This document shows positions 37,559 through 46,854 of a stretch of 64,000 nt of DNA, one piece after another. The notes beneath the pieces are model-generated. The model searched no databases and had not been told where the DNA came from. It saw nothing but the letters and a program-made list of their open reading frames with translations. The DNA is from Gemmatimonas sp. (GTDB lineage: Bacteria; Gemmatimonadota; Gemmatimonadetes; Gemmatimonadales; Gemmatimonadaceae). Position 1 is the first letter of the stretch; each line of letters begins with the position of its first letter. Location of the stretch: the NCBI GenBank assembly GCA_965279375.1, contig OZ257156.1, positions 1,824,001 to 1,888,000 of the forward strand, written 5' to 3'. Made by a program: the position numbers and the translations under genes.

Positions 37559-38311
37559 TTACGGCCAGAAGGCGCCGAGCAGCTTGCTGACAATGCCCTG
37601 CTTGGGCTTGCCGAGCGCGCCGGGCGAGGCATACCCCAACTGCTGGTCGGCCACGCGATTCGATTCGACGATGTTCTGCGACGAGATGTCCTGGGCGCGC
37701 ACCCATCCCGTGAAGACGATGTCCTGCGCGTTCTTGTCCACGTCGATCTTCTTGGACCCCTTGATCTGCAACAGGCCGTTAGGGCCGATGGCGACGACGC
37801 GCACGCTCATCTCGTTCTGAAAGCGATTCTCGCGCTTCGACGCGCCCCGCTGCTGCTGCTCGGCGTTGTTGCGTGAGTCGAGCCCGCCGCCCTTGGAGCC
37901 GCCCGGCAAGTTGGCCGTGACGGAGAGGCCACGCGTCCGCGAGTCGGAGGCCGTGTTCTCCTTGATGGCAGTCGTGATCGTGTAGTCGTCGATCAGGACG
38001 GTGATGATGTCGCCCACGACGAACGTGCGGCGGTCGGCCACCCACGATTCACGCACCGGTCGCGCAGCGACCGTGGTCGCGGGGGCGGCACCGGCAGGTG
38101 CTGCAGCGCCAGCGCCAGCGGCACCTGCGCCGCGACCTGCGGCCGGCGTCGCAGCGGGAGCTGCACCGGGCGCGGCACCGGGCGCCTGTGCATCGAGCGG
38201 CATCACGATCGCGGAGAGCAGCAGGCCAAGCAGCATCACGAACGACGACACAGCGCGCCGGTCCTGGCGAGACTGCATGGTGCGATCGGACGAATTGGAA
38301 ACGGAACCCAT
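37559..38311 (-). CDS. flgH: Flagellar L-ring protein FlgH
   Basis: DRR..VGDIITVLI, PNGLLQIKGSK, GWVRAQDI..N.V.S.RVAD and FWP terminus. Confidence 0.9.
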   Translation of the reverse strand: MGSVSNSSDRTMQSRQDRRAVSSFVMLLGLLLSAIVMPLDAQAPGAAPGAAPAATPAAGRGAGAAGAGAAAPAGAAPATTVAARPVRESWVADRRTFVVGDIITVLIDDYTITTAIKENTASDSRTRGLSVTANLPGGSKGGGLDSRNNAEQQQRGASKRENRFQNEMSVRVVAIGPNGLLQIKGSKKIDVDKNAQDIVFTGWVRAQDISSQNIVESNRVADQQLGYASPGALGKPKQGIVSKLLGAFWP

Positions 38312-38322
38312 GCGGGTCTTCC

Positions 38323-38889
38323 TCAGCGGAGACGAACGGTGTTTGGCGCGACGGCGATGCCGTCGAGCCGACGAGTACGATCGATGCGCACGCCCACGGC
38401 GGCGCCGATTGATGCGGTATTGGTCGCGACGCCACTGAGCACGAGTCGCAGCGAGCCGTCCTGCCAGATCGCGTTGACCGTGCTGCCCGCGGTGACCACG
38501 GGCGGTGCCATGACCGCCGGCACGCGCAGCACTTCACCGAGTGCGATCGGCCGACGCGCGATCCAGCCGGCCACGTTGCGAATGCTGTCCGGCTTGCTCG
38601 CCCACGGCCACGCGATCACGCTGTCGCGGAGGGCGAAGTCGGTGGCACGCACGGTGTCGCCGGTTACGAACGCGCGCGTCGCCACCGGCCACGTCACGCG
38701 GCGATAGCCACGCGGCAGTGCGGTGGAGTCTGACGTTGCCACGACGCTCGTTGCCACGGTTGCCGGTGTCGCCTGTGCGAACGCGATGCTCGAGCTGGCG
38801 CACAGCGCCAGCACCACACCGATGACGGTGAGGAGGAGCAGCGAGAACGGCGGTGAAGCCATCGGCGACGACTCGGCGCGGAGCGACAT
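38323..38889 (-). CDS. flgA: P-ring formation chaperone FlgA (SAF domain)
   Basis: Signal peptide; VATRAFVTGDTV, GWIARRPIALGEVL and VVTAGSTV; lies between flgG and flgH. Confidence 0.8.
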   Translation of the reverse strand: MSLRAESSPMASPPFSLLLLTVIGVVLALCASSSIAFAQATPATVATSVVATSDSTALPRGYRRVTWPVATRAFVTGDTVRATDFALRDSVIAWPWASKPDSIRNVAGWIARRPIALGEVLRVPAVMAPPVVTAGSTVNAIWQDGSLRLVLSGVATNTASIGAAVGVRIDRTRRLDGIAVAPNTVRLR

Positions 38890-38894
38890 GAAAA

Positions 38895-39683
38895 TCAGCG
38901 CGTCAGGTTGTTGGCCATCTGACCCATCTCGTCGGCGTTCTTGATCGCCTTCGAGTTGATCTCATACGCGCGCATGGCGGTGATCATCTCCACCATTTCC
39001 TGCACGATTTCGACGTTGCTGCCTTCCAGGCTGCCCTGTTGCAACGTGCCCATGCCCGCATCGCCGGGCGAGCCGGTGACGGGTTCGCCGGACGACGCCG
39101 TGGGCGCATACATGTTCTTGCCGAGCGACATGAGCCCGGACGGGTTCGCGAAGGCGACCAGATCGATCTTGCCGATCTCGGTGGGCTGAATGTCCTTGCC
39201 GCGCGTGACCGCAACGATGCCGTTGACGGAGATCGAAATGTTCGAGGCGTCGGTCGGGATCTGAATCGGCGGCTGCAGCGCCCAACCGTCGGACGTGACG
39301 AGCAGGCCCTTGTCGGAGATCTGGAAGCTGCCGTCGCGCGTGTAGGTGATGTCGCCCTTGCCGTTGTCGAGCTGGAAGAAGCCGTTGCCTTCGATCATGA
39401 CATCGAGGTTGCGACCCGTCGTTTCGACCGTGCCCTGCTCGTGCATGCGCAGCACGCCGGCGAGATGCGTTCCGCGGCCGACCTGAATCGCGGGCGCCGT
39501 TTCGGCATTGGGATCGCCGATCACCTGCTGCCCCTGAATCGACTGGTAGAGCAGGTCTTCGAAGTGCGCACGGCTCCGCTTGAAGCCCGGCGTGTTCACG
39601 TTGGCCAGGTTGTTGGAGATGATTTCGGTGCGCGTCTGTTGCGCCATCATGCCGGTAGCGGCGGCGCGGAGGGCCGGATCCAT
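38895..39683 (-). CDS. flgG: Flagellar distal rod protein FlgG
   Basis: ISNNLANVNTPGFKRSR..FEDLLYQ, YTRDGSF and LEGSNVEIVQEMV..RAYEINSK. Confidence 0.95.
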   Translation of the reverse strand: MDPALRAAATGMMAQQTRTEIISNNLANVNTPGFKRSRAHFEDLLYQSIQGQQVIGDPNAETAPAIQVGRGTHLAGVLRMHEQGTVETTGRNLDVMIEGNGFFQLDNGKGDITYTRDGSFQISDKGLLVTSDGWALQPPIQIPTDASNISISVNGIVAVTRGKDIQPTEIGKIDLVAFANPSGLMSLGKNMYAPTASSGEPVTGSPGDAGMGTLQQGSLEGSNVEIVQEMVEMITAMRAYEINSKAIKNADEMGQMANNLTR

Positions 39684-39693
39684 GCGATGTCCC

Positions 39694-40398
39694 TTAGATA
39701 GGCTTGCCGAGTTCGGTGGTCGCGATCCCGCGCACCGAATCCAGCGTGGAGAGAGTCTTCTGTGCGGCACCGTAGGCGTGCAGCGTGTCGATCATGTCGG
39801 TCATCGCCGACATCGTGTTCACGTTCGATTCCTCGATGAAGCCCTGCGCGACGCGTCGTTCCGCGACGGGAACCGACTGGCGCGTGGCATCGGGTACGAA
39901 CTGGGTGCCGCCTTCGTGCTGGAGGCGGGTGCCATCGGCGACGCGCTCGAGACGCAGGCGCGCGACCATGCGCCCATTCGCCTTCACGGTGCCATCTTCC
40001 TCGATCTCGATCTTGCCGGCCGGCAGCGTGATCGGACCGTCATCGCCGAGCACCGCATTGCCGCGGCTGTCCACGAGCTGTCGCTGGGCGTCCATCGAAA
40101 AGGTGCCGTTGCGCGTCAGCCGCTCGCCGGCCGCCGTCTGCGTCACGAAGTAGCCGTCACCCTTCACGGCGACGTCGAGCGGATTCTTCGTCTCGCTCAG
40201 ATTGCCGGCGGTGGTGTTGAGCGCGGTGTCGGTGGCGGCGAGGGCGTTGCCCATCAAGCGGGCGAACGGCGTTTCGGCCTTGAAGCCGCGCGTGGAGGCG
40301 TTGGCCAGGTTGTTGGCGAGCACCTGCTGGCGCCGCTCCATCATCTGGAGCGCGGCGGCGGCGCTGCTGAAACCGTTCATCCGTACCGGATCGGGCAT
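39694..40398 (-). CDS. flgF: Flagellar rod protein FlgF
   Basis: ANNLANASTRGFK, NPLDVAVKGDGYF, TRNG and QGFIEESNVN. Confidence 0.9.
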   Translation of the reverse strand: MPDPVRMNGFSSAAAALQMMERRQQVLANNLANASTRGFKAETPFARLMGNALAATDTALNTTAGNLSETKNPLDVAVKGDGYFVTQTAAGERLTRNGTFSMDAQRQLVDSRGNAVLGDDGPITLPAGKIEIEEDGTVKANGRMVARLRLERVADGTRLQHEGGTQFVPDATRQSVPVAERRVAQGFIEESNVNTMSAMTDMIDTLHAYGAAQKTLSTLDSVRGIATTELGKPI

Positions 40399-40439
40399 GG
40401 CATACTCGGGAAAGGGGAGATTCTCGGTATGCCTAAAAC

Positions 40440-40454
40440 GCAACGGTCGGGCCA
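40440..40454 (-). promoter_or_regulatory. sigma54 -24/-12 promoter for the flgF operon (TGGCCCG-ACCG-TTGC)
   Basis: Matches TGGCACG-N4-TTGC with exact GG/GC spacing, ~40 bp above the flgF start. Confidence 0.8.
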
Positions 40455-40553
40455 TGATGGCCCGACCGCGCGGAAAGTATCTAAGCTGTTGTCCTGCTGA
40501 TGTTTAACTCGCTGCGAGACGTCCGGAACCGGGAGACCGGTTTGTCACACCCT

Positions 40554-40568
40554 CGGAAATTCATGCCG
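40554..40568. promoter_or_regulatory. Enhancer-like site CGGAA-ATTCA-TGCCG for the flgF promoter
   Basis: One mismatch to CGGCA-N5-TGCCG, ~100 bp upstream of the -24 element. Confidence 0.55.
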
Positions 40569-41145
40569 TTGGCGGTCGGAGTTGCCGCGAGGGGCCGCCG
40601 ATCGAGATGAGCATGGCGACCGCGTCCAGTGACAGTCCGGTCCGCCAAGCGATCTCGGAGGGTTCGGTCCCGGAGTCGGCCAGCGCCTGCACGGCCTTGG
40701 GGGTACGGCTCGCGGCACGCGCCGGGCGCGGGCTGCCGACCGGACGGGTGCGTCCAAGCATCGAGTTCACCGTCCCGATTCCGGCAGCGCTCGGCAGGTT
40801 GATCTGCGGGCGACGGCGGAAGAGGCTCACGCCGGTCGCAGCAAATCCGGCGAGGGCGAGCGTCCCGAAGAGCACGGGGAGCGCAAGACGACGCACAGGG
40901 GCGGGCATATCGCGCAGCGCGCGCGCCGTGACCTTGTTGGTTTGGTCCCGCACGGATTCAATCGCGAGGAAGCCGGCGTCGATGGCGTGGGTCAGCGACG
41001 TACCGATGGCGGACTCACTGTCCGGCTGCGTGGCCGTCGCGACGGCGGGCGCCAGAATGAGTGCGCCTGCGGCCACACCACCCACGGTCACGCCGATGCC
41101 CAATCCGACCATGAGCGCGATCTGGCGAAGCTGTGCGGAGTTCAC
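40561..41145 (-). CDS. Membrane protein with C-terminal HTH-like domain (SwrB-like by position)
   Basis: Two hydrophobic segments; VQALADSGTEPSEIAWRTGLSLDAVAMLI; GTGA-coupled to fliA. Confidence 0.55.
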   Translation of the reverse strand: MNSAQLRQIALMVGLGIGVTVGGVAAGALILAPAVATATQPDSESAIGTSLTHAIDAGFLAIESVRDQTNKVTARALRDMPAPVRRLALPVLFGTLALAGFAATGVSLFRRRPQINLPSAAGIGTVNSMLGRTRPVGSPRPARAASRTPKAVQALADSGTEPSEIAWRTGLSLDAVAMLISIGGPSRQLRPPTA

Positions 41146-41897
41146 GCGACCCGTCCACGCAGCGGCTTGAGTTCGACCCGCAGCTTGCTCAGCGCCTTCG
41201 AGCGAATCTGCGACACGCGCGACTCGGTCAACTCGAGCACCTTGGCGATCTCGTGCAGCTTGAGCTCCTCGAAGTAGTAGAGCGACAACACGACGCGCTC
41301 CTGATCCTTGAGGCGAAGAATCGCGTCCTTGAGATGCGAAACTTCCTGCTCGTGCGTGAGGCTGTCCTCCACGTCCGAATCCATGCCGCCGGTCAGCATC
41401 TCGGCTGGCGTGGGCGCGTTGTTCTCGCGTTCGCCCGGTGCGCGGTCGAGCGGAATGTGATGCGCCCCTTCGACGTCGGCCTGCCAGCGCCAGAGCGTAT
41501 CCATGTCCACGCCCATCTGTTCGGCGAGCTCGCGATCATCCGGTCCGCGGCCATTCACGCGCATGTAGGCCTCGCGCGCCGCGGACATCTCGCGCGTCTT
41601 GCGACGAATCGAGCGCGGTACGTGGTCCTGCTTGCGCAGTTCATCGAGGATCGCGCCGCGAATGCGCGGTGCCGCGAAGGTGCTGAAGGCGAGACCGCGC
41701 GTGGCGTCAAAGCCTTCGAGTGCCGTCATGAGACCAATGGTGCCGGCGCTCACCAGCTCATCGAAGTCGGCGCGTACGGCCAGCGTTCGCGAGACCTGAC
41801 GCGCAACGTGATGCACGAGACCCAGATGCTCCTGAAGCAAGCGGTCGCGCGCGCTCTCGCTTCCGGCGTGGTAGGACTGCCAGAGCTTCGCGTTCAT
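41142..41897 (-). CDS. fliA: RNA polymerase sigma-28 factor (FliA/WhiG)
   Basis: ELVSAGTIGL, FSTFAAPRIRGAILDELRKQDHVPRS and LYYFEEL..EIA.VL.LTESRVSQIRS. Confidence 0.95.
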   Translation of the reverse strand: MNAKLWQSYHAGSESARDRLLQEHLGLVHHVARQVSRTLAVRADFDELVSAGTIGLMTALEGFDATRGLAFSTFAAPRIRGAILDELRKQDHVPRSIRRKTREMSAAREAYMRVNGRGPDDRELAEQMGVDMDTLWRWQADVEGAHHIPLDRAPGERENNAPTPAEMLTGGMDSDVEDSLTHEQEVSHLKDAILRLKDQERVVLSLYYFEELKLHEIAKVLELTESRVSQIRSKALSKLRVELKPLRGRVA

Positions 41898-41932
41898 GGC
41901 TACGGATCCTTGGGGAGTTGCAATCGCCACGG

Positions 41933-42814
41933 TCAGACACCTGGTCGGGAGTGTGTAGCACCGGCCAGCGTTCGCATCACTACATCGTGAGCGGCTATCG
42001 CTGCGGGTGAGCCTGCCGCCGCGTCGGGGAACGACATCCCAGCGCGGAGTGCGGCATCGAGCGTCGGGTCGGAAGGAACCGCGCCGGCAAAACGCAGCGA
42101 GGTTCCGAGGAACTGGCGGGTACCGGCATCGATCGCATCGAAGCAGCGCGCGGCGTCGCGCCCATCGAGTCGATTGACGAGCAGGTCCTGCGGAAGGGCA
42201 CCGACCCGTGTGTGCACGGCTTTGCACAGCGCATAGGTCGCGGCCAGTGAGACAGCATCGCCGCCGGCGGTGACCGCCAGCAGTCGTTCATCAGCATGCG
42301 ACATCGCTGCCGCAGCAATCGCATCGAAGCGTGAACCGCAATCGATGACCACCATGTCCATCTGCTCCGAGAGCGCACTGAGCCGGCGCATGCAGGCGCG
42401 CCGCTCGGCGTTCGCAATCGCGCCCTGATCGCCAGTGCGCGCGATGCCGCCCGCGACCAGCGTCAATGTCGTGCTCACCGGAGTGGCCACATCGTGCGGC
42501 GAGACGCGCCCGCCGCGCAGATCCTGCCACGTCGCCATCGGTACGACGCCAAGCATCGGAGCGAGCGGTCCAACGAGATCGTCCGCGTCGATCAACAACA
42601 CGCGATAGCCATCGCCCGCCGCGGCGACTGCCAGCAGCGCGGCAATCATCGACGTGCCCGTGCCACCACGGCCGCTCGCGCACAAGAGCGTCGGAACGCC
42701 GCGCGCAGGTGCGCCGCTCGACGGAGTCGCCTGACGCGCACGACCACGCAGCAACGCATCGATCTGCGAAGCGTTCGCGCCGGACGCGCCTCCATTGAGC
42801 GTCATGCTGCTCAC
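41933..42814 (-). CDS. flhG: FlhG/MinD-like protein with degenerate Walker A
   Basis: Lies between flhF and fliA; SGRGGTGTS, VLLIDAD, VVIDCG, ATYALCK and LLVNR. Confidence 0.75.
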   Translation of the reverse strand: MSSMTLNGGASGANASQIDALLRGRARQATPSSGAPARGVPTLLCASGRGGTGTSMIAALLAVAAAGDGYRVLLIDADDLVGPLAPMLGVVPMATWQDLRGGRVSPHDVATPVSTTLTLVAGGIARTGDQGAIANAERRACMRRLSALSEQMDMVVIDCGSRFDAIAAAAMSHADERLLAVTAGGDAVSLAATYALCKAVHTRVGALPQDLLVNRLDGRDAARCFDAIDAGTRQFLGTSLRFAGAVPSDPTLDAALRAGMSFPDAAAGSPAAIAAHDVVMRTLAGATHSRPGV

Positions 42815-43668
42815 GCCGGCATCCAATCCGGCTCTGCGTCGGCGCCGAGGCCGTACGAGCGCAGGATACGATTCACGCCGGGCTTGAGGTCGGCCGGCAC
42901 ATCCTGGCCGTCCGTGATCCAGCGCGTGGGCATTCCCAGCGACAGGGCGAGATCGGCCACGCCGCTCTCACGCGGCACCTCGTCGATCTTGCTCACCAAC
43001 AGATGCGTGGCACCGCGATGCTGACGCGTGGGCGCGTAGGCACGCCCGACATCGATCGCGAGATCGGCGCGCAGCGTGGCCGGAAGCACCAGGTGCACTT
43101 CGTCGGGCTGCAGCGCATCGAGCAGGTTGCGCCAACGCTCGGTCAACTCCGACGATGCCGGGCTACGACCCGGTGTGTCGATCACGACGACGTCGCAGGA
43201 CGACAGGCGACGCATCGCCGCCTCCACTTCCCGCGCATCGTAAATCACTTCGAACGGCACTTCCGCCAGCTCGGCGTAGGCTGCCAACTGCTCCATGCCA
43301 CCCACGCGATACGTGTCGAGCGTGAGCAGGCCAACGCGCGCTGTGCCGAACATGCCACGGCGCACGGCCAGCTTTGCCGCGGTCGTCGTCTTTCCGGCAC
43401 CTGTCGGGCCAACCAGCGCAATGCGATACGGCTTGCCATCGGCCGAGCGCATGCCGGGAGGGAAGGGACGCGCTTCGAGACGGGAGCGCACGCGGTCGAT
43501 CGCGTCGGAGGAAGCGGCGAGCACTTCCACCATCGGCACGCCGCCATCACGCACCGTGCGCGAATGCAGGATCATCACTTCGTCGCCAAGCGCGCGACGG
43601 GCACGATCCGACACATGCGTCATGTCCGCACCGCGGAAACGCTCAAGCACCAGGGACTCACGGGACAT
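42811..43668 (-). CDS. flhF: Flagellar GTPase FlhF (short form)
   Basis: GPTGAGKTTT, DTYR, DTPGR, SKIDE and GQDVP; N-terminal F.G..M....R..LG.E..IL motif. Confidence 0.88.
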   Translation of the reverse strand: MSRESLVLERFRGADMTHVSDRARRALGDEVMILHSRTVRDGGVPMVEVLAASSDAIDRVRSRLEARPFPPGMRSADGKPYRIALVGPTGAGKTTTAAKLAVRRGMFGTARVGLLTLDTYRVGGMEQLAAYAELAEVPFEVIYDAREVEAAMRRLSSCDVVVIDTPGRSPASSELTERWRNLLDALQPDEVHLVLPATLRADLAIDVGRAYAPTRQHRGATHLLVSKIDEVPRESGVADLALSLGMPTRWITDGQDVPADLKPGVNRILRSYGLGADAEPDWMPA

Positions 43669-45748
43669 GCTTCATCTCCCACGTGGCAACGCTGCTCAGG
43701 GTGATCGCAGGCGGCAGTTCGGCGAGCGACACCACCGGCAGGCTAGGCAGCACAGGCTCGATCAGACGGCGCACGCCAATGCGCAGCGACGGCGGTGTGA
43801 TCAGGGGCAACGGACGACCATCCACGGCGTAGGTGGTGGCGAGGTGGTTCAGATCGCGCAGCATGGCGGCGAGCGAATCGGGGGTGAGCAGCGGCGCGTT
43901 GACAGCGGAGCTTCGCGGCGAGAAGAGCCCCATCAGCGCGGACTCGAGGCGCGCGCCGATCGTGATGCCGCGAACCACACCACTCTGATCGGCGAACAGG
44001 CGCGCGATCACGTTCGTCAGCGACTTGCGCACGACTTCCGTCAGCGCTTCCGGATCCTTCGTCGTTTCGGCGCCATCGCCCACCGCCTCGAGAATCGTGA
44101 CGAGGTCGCGAATCGGCACACGCTCGCGCAGCAGGCGCTGCAGCACACGGTGCAGCACGCTGAGCGACACCTTGGCCGGAATGATTTCTTCCACCAGCGC
44201 CGGGTGCGACTTCTTGAGCGTCTCCACCATTTCCTGCACTTCCTGACGTCCGAGCAGATCCGCGGCGCTCGTCTTGAGCGTCTCCAACAGATGCGTGGCC
44301 ATCACGGTCGTCGGCTTGACGACCACATAGCCCAGCGCTTCGGCTTCGGTGCTGCGGGCACCGGCAATCCAGCGCGCAGGCATGCCGAACGACGGATCCG
44401 TCGTCTCCATGCCATCGATCTCTGCCACGACGCCGCCCGTGTTGAGCGCCATCATGAAGCGAGGCAGCACTTCGGAGCGCGCGACTTCGGAGCCGCGCAG
44501 CTTGATCACGTACTCGTTGGCGGGCAGACGGATGTCGTCGCGAATGCGAATGGGCGGCACGAGAATGCCCAGCTCCATCGCCGCTTGCTTGCGCAGCAGC
44601 GAGATGCTCTCGAGCAGGTCGCCACCCTGGCCTTCGTCCACGAGCGGGATGAGCGCGTAGCCGACTTCCAGTTCGATGGGATCGATCTGCAGCAGGTCGC
44701 GCATCGGATCGTCGGGTGCCGGCGCTTCCACCGGCGGCAACTCGGCGACATTCGCCAGCTCGTTGCGGCGTGTTTCACTGGCCGTCGACGACCGCGCGAG
44801 GAACACCGTGAGGCCCGCCATCGCGACGAACGGCAGCATCGGCAGGCCCGGCACGAGCGAGAACGCGCCGAGCACACCGGCTACCATCCACATTGCGCGC
44901 GGATGCGCACCGAGCTGGCGCGAGAGCACGACGCCCATGCGGTCGGAGCCCGTCGCGCTCGACGCCATCAAGCCGGCCGCCGTGCTGATGATCAGCGCGG
45001 GCACCTGCGACACGATGCCGTCACCAACAGTCAGAATCGTGTAGGTGCTGGCCGCCTTCTGGATGTCCATTCCCTTCTGCACGACACCGATGAAGATGCC
45101 GCCCAACACATTCACGACGACGACCATGATGCCGAGGATCGCGTCGCCCTTCACATACTTGGAGGCGCCGTCCATCGCGCCATAGAAGTCGGCGGTGCGC
45201 GCGATGTCTTCGCGACGCTTGCGGGCGTCCTTCTCGTCGATGAGACCCGCCGAGAGATCGGCGTCGATCGCCATCTGCTTGCCGGGCATGGCGTCGAGAT
45301 TGAAGCGCGCAGCGACTTCCGCGATTCGACCGGCACCCTTCGTGATGACGATGAAGTTGATGCCGATCAGCAACAGGAAGATGACGACGCCGACGGCATA
45401 GTTGCCGCCGATGACGAATTGTCCGAACGCCGCGATCACCTTGCCGGCGTGCGCCTGCGTGAGAATCAGACGCGTGGACGAAACGTTGAGACCAATGCGG
45501 AACAGCGTGAGCAACAGCAGCAGCGTGGGAAAGCTGCTGAAGTCGAGCGGATTCGTGGTGTACAGCGACACGAGCAGCACCACCAGCGACACGCCGATGC
45601 TGGCCGCGAGGCACAGATCGAGCAGCGCGGGCGGGAGCGGCACCACGATGAGCGCGATGATCAGAACGACGGCGAGCGCGAGGCCGACTTCGGCGCGCTT
45701 CTTCCCTGGTTCTGCGTCGAACGCCATCGGCATGGAGGCGGCGGTCAT
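43658..45748 (-). CDS. flhA: Flagellar export protein FlhA
   Basis: DFSSFPTLLL, ITKGAGRIAEVAARFNLDAMPGKQMAIDADL and FYGAMDGASK; GAGG RBS. Confidence 0.97.
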   Translation of the reverse strand: MTAASMPMAFDAEPGKKRAEVGLALAVVLIIALIVVPLPPALLDLCLAASIGVSLVVLLVSLYTTNPLDFSSFPTLLLLLTLFRIGLNVSSTRLILTQAHAGKVIAAFGQFVIGGNYAVGVVIFLLLIGINFIVITKGAGRIAEVAARFNLDAMPGKQMAIDADLSAGLIDEKDARKRREDIARTADFYGAMDGASKYVKGDAILGIMVVVVNVLGGIFIGVVQKGMDIQKAASTYTILTVGDGIVSQVPALIISTAAGLMASSATGSDRMGVVLSRQLGAHPRAMWMVAGVLGAFSLVPGLPMLPFVAMAGLTVFLARSSTASETRRNELANVAELPPVEAPAPDDPMRDLLQIDPIELEVGYALIPLVDEGQGGDLLESISLLRKQAAMELGILVPPIRIRDDIRLPANEYVIKLRGSEVARSEVLPRFMMALNTGGVVAEIDGMETTDPSFGMPARWIAGARSTEAEALGYVVVKPTTVMATHLLETLKTSAADLLGRQEVQEMVETLKKSHPALVEEIIPAKVSLSVLHRVLQRLLRERVPIRDLVTILEAVGDGAETTKDPEALTEVVRKSLTNVIARLFADQSGVVRGITIGARLESALMGLFSPRSSAVNAPLLTPDSLAAMLRDLNHLATTYAVDGRPLPLITPPSLRIGVRRLIEPVLPSLPVVSLAELPPAITLSSVATWEMKHVP

Positions 45749-45758
45749 AGCGAGTTCC

Positions 45759-46853
45759 TCATGCGGCCGCCGTGCCGCGCCACTTCGATCCATAGCGCTC
45801 ACGCTGCTTCATCACGAAGGCGAGCACTTCGGCCACGGCGAGATAGAGTTCGACGGGAATGACGGTGCCAACCTTGGCCGACGCGATCAGTGCGCGCGCG
45901 AGCGGCTTGTTCTCGATCACGGGAACACCATGCTGAAAGGCGAGCTCCTTGATGCGGAGCGCGATCTTGCGCTGGCCGAGTGCGACGACGTACGGCGCTG
46001 GCGCAACATCAGGGTCGTACTTGATCGCGACGGCGATGTGCACCGGGTTCACGATCACGACATCGGCCTTGCGAACGTTCGCGAACATCGCGCGACGGAT
46101 GCGATCACGCGCGATCTGGCGACGGCGTCCCTTGATTTCCGGATCACCTTCCTGCGACTTGCCTTCGTCCTTCACTTCCTGCTTCGTCATCTTGAGCGAC
46201 TCATTCGTGCTCCACTTCTGCCACGCGTAGTCGGCACCAGCGAGCGCGAGGAACATCATGCCGGCGTTGCGCATGAGATTGAGTCCGTACTTGCGCACGA
46301 CATCCATGAGTGCCACGGGAGACAGCAGCGCGAGCCCCTGGATATCGGGCCATGCATCGCTGAGCGTCGCGTAGACTGCCCAGCTCACGATGCTCATTTT
46401 CACCAGCGACTTGGCCAGCTCCACGAACGAGCGCTTGCCGAGCATCTGCTGCGCGTTGGTGAGCGGATTGAGCCGCTGCCACTTGGGCTCGAGTGCCTTG
46501 GAGCTCAGCAAGCCACCCGTCTGCGCGACCTGCACCATGACGGCGATCATCGCCATCGTCGCCATCAAGCCGACCATTGCGACCATCGTGCGAAAGCCCA
46601 TCACCTGCACCCACTGCAGCAACCCAACGCCACGCATCTGTGCGTCGCCGAGATGCGACAGATTCTGCCCCATCGCGTCGAGCAGAAAGCGCCACAACGT
46701 CGGGCCGGCCATGTTGATCGTGAGGCCCGCTCCGAGGAGAAACGCGGCCGTCATCAGCTCCGGACTCTTCGCGATCTGACCCTTGTCGCGCGCTTCCTGG
46801 AGCCGTTTACCAGTAGGTTCTTCTGTCTTTTCGCCACCATCATTGTCGGCCAT
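45759..46853 (-). CDS. flhB: Flagellar export/substrate switch protein FlhB
   Basis: EKTEEPT..RL..AR.KGQ, KMTKQEVKDE.K..EGDP and an NPVH autocleavage-site variant. Confidence 0.95.
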   Translation of the reverse strand: MADNDGGEKTEEPTGKRLQEARDKGQIAKSPELMTAAFLLGAGLTINMAGPTLWRFLLDAMGQNLSHLGDAQMRGVGLLQWVQVMGFRTMVAMVGLMATMAMIAVMVQVAQTGGLLSSKALEPKWQRLNPLTNAQQMLGKRSFVELAKSLVKMSIVSWAVYATLSDAWPDIQGLALLSPVALMDVVRKYGLNLMRNAGMMFLALAGADYAWQKWSTNESLKMTKQEVKDEGKSQEGDPEIKGRRRQIARDRIRRAMFANVRKADVVIVNPVHIAVAIKYDPDVAPAPYVVALGQRKIALRIKELAFQHGVPVIENKPLARALIASAKVGTVIPVELYLAVAEVLAFVMKQRERYGSKWRGTAAA

Positions 46854-46854
46854 G

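Noticed and set aside
43295..45862. 855-aa plus-strand ORF and many similar long antisense ORFs
   Set aside because: Shadow frames of real genes in high-GC DNA, with no recognisable motifs.
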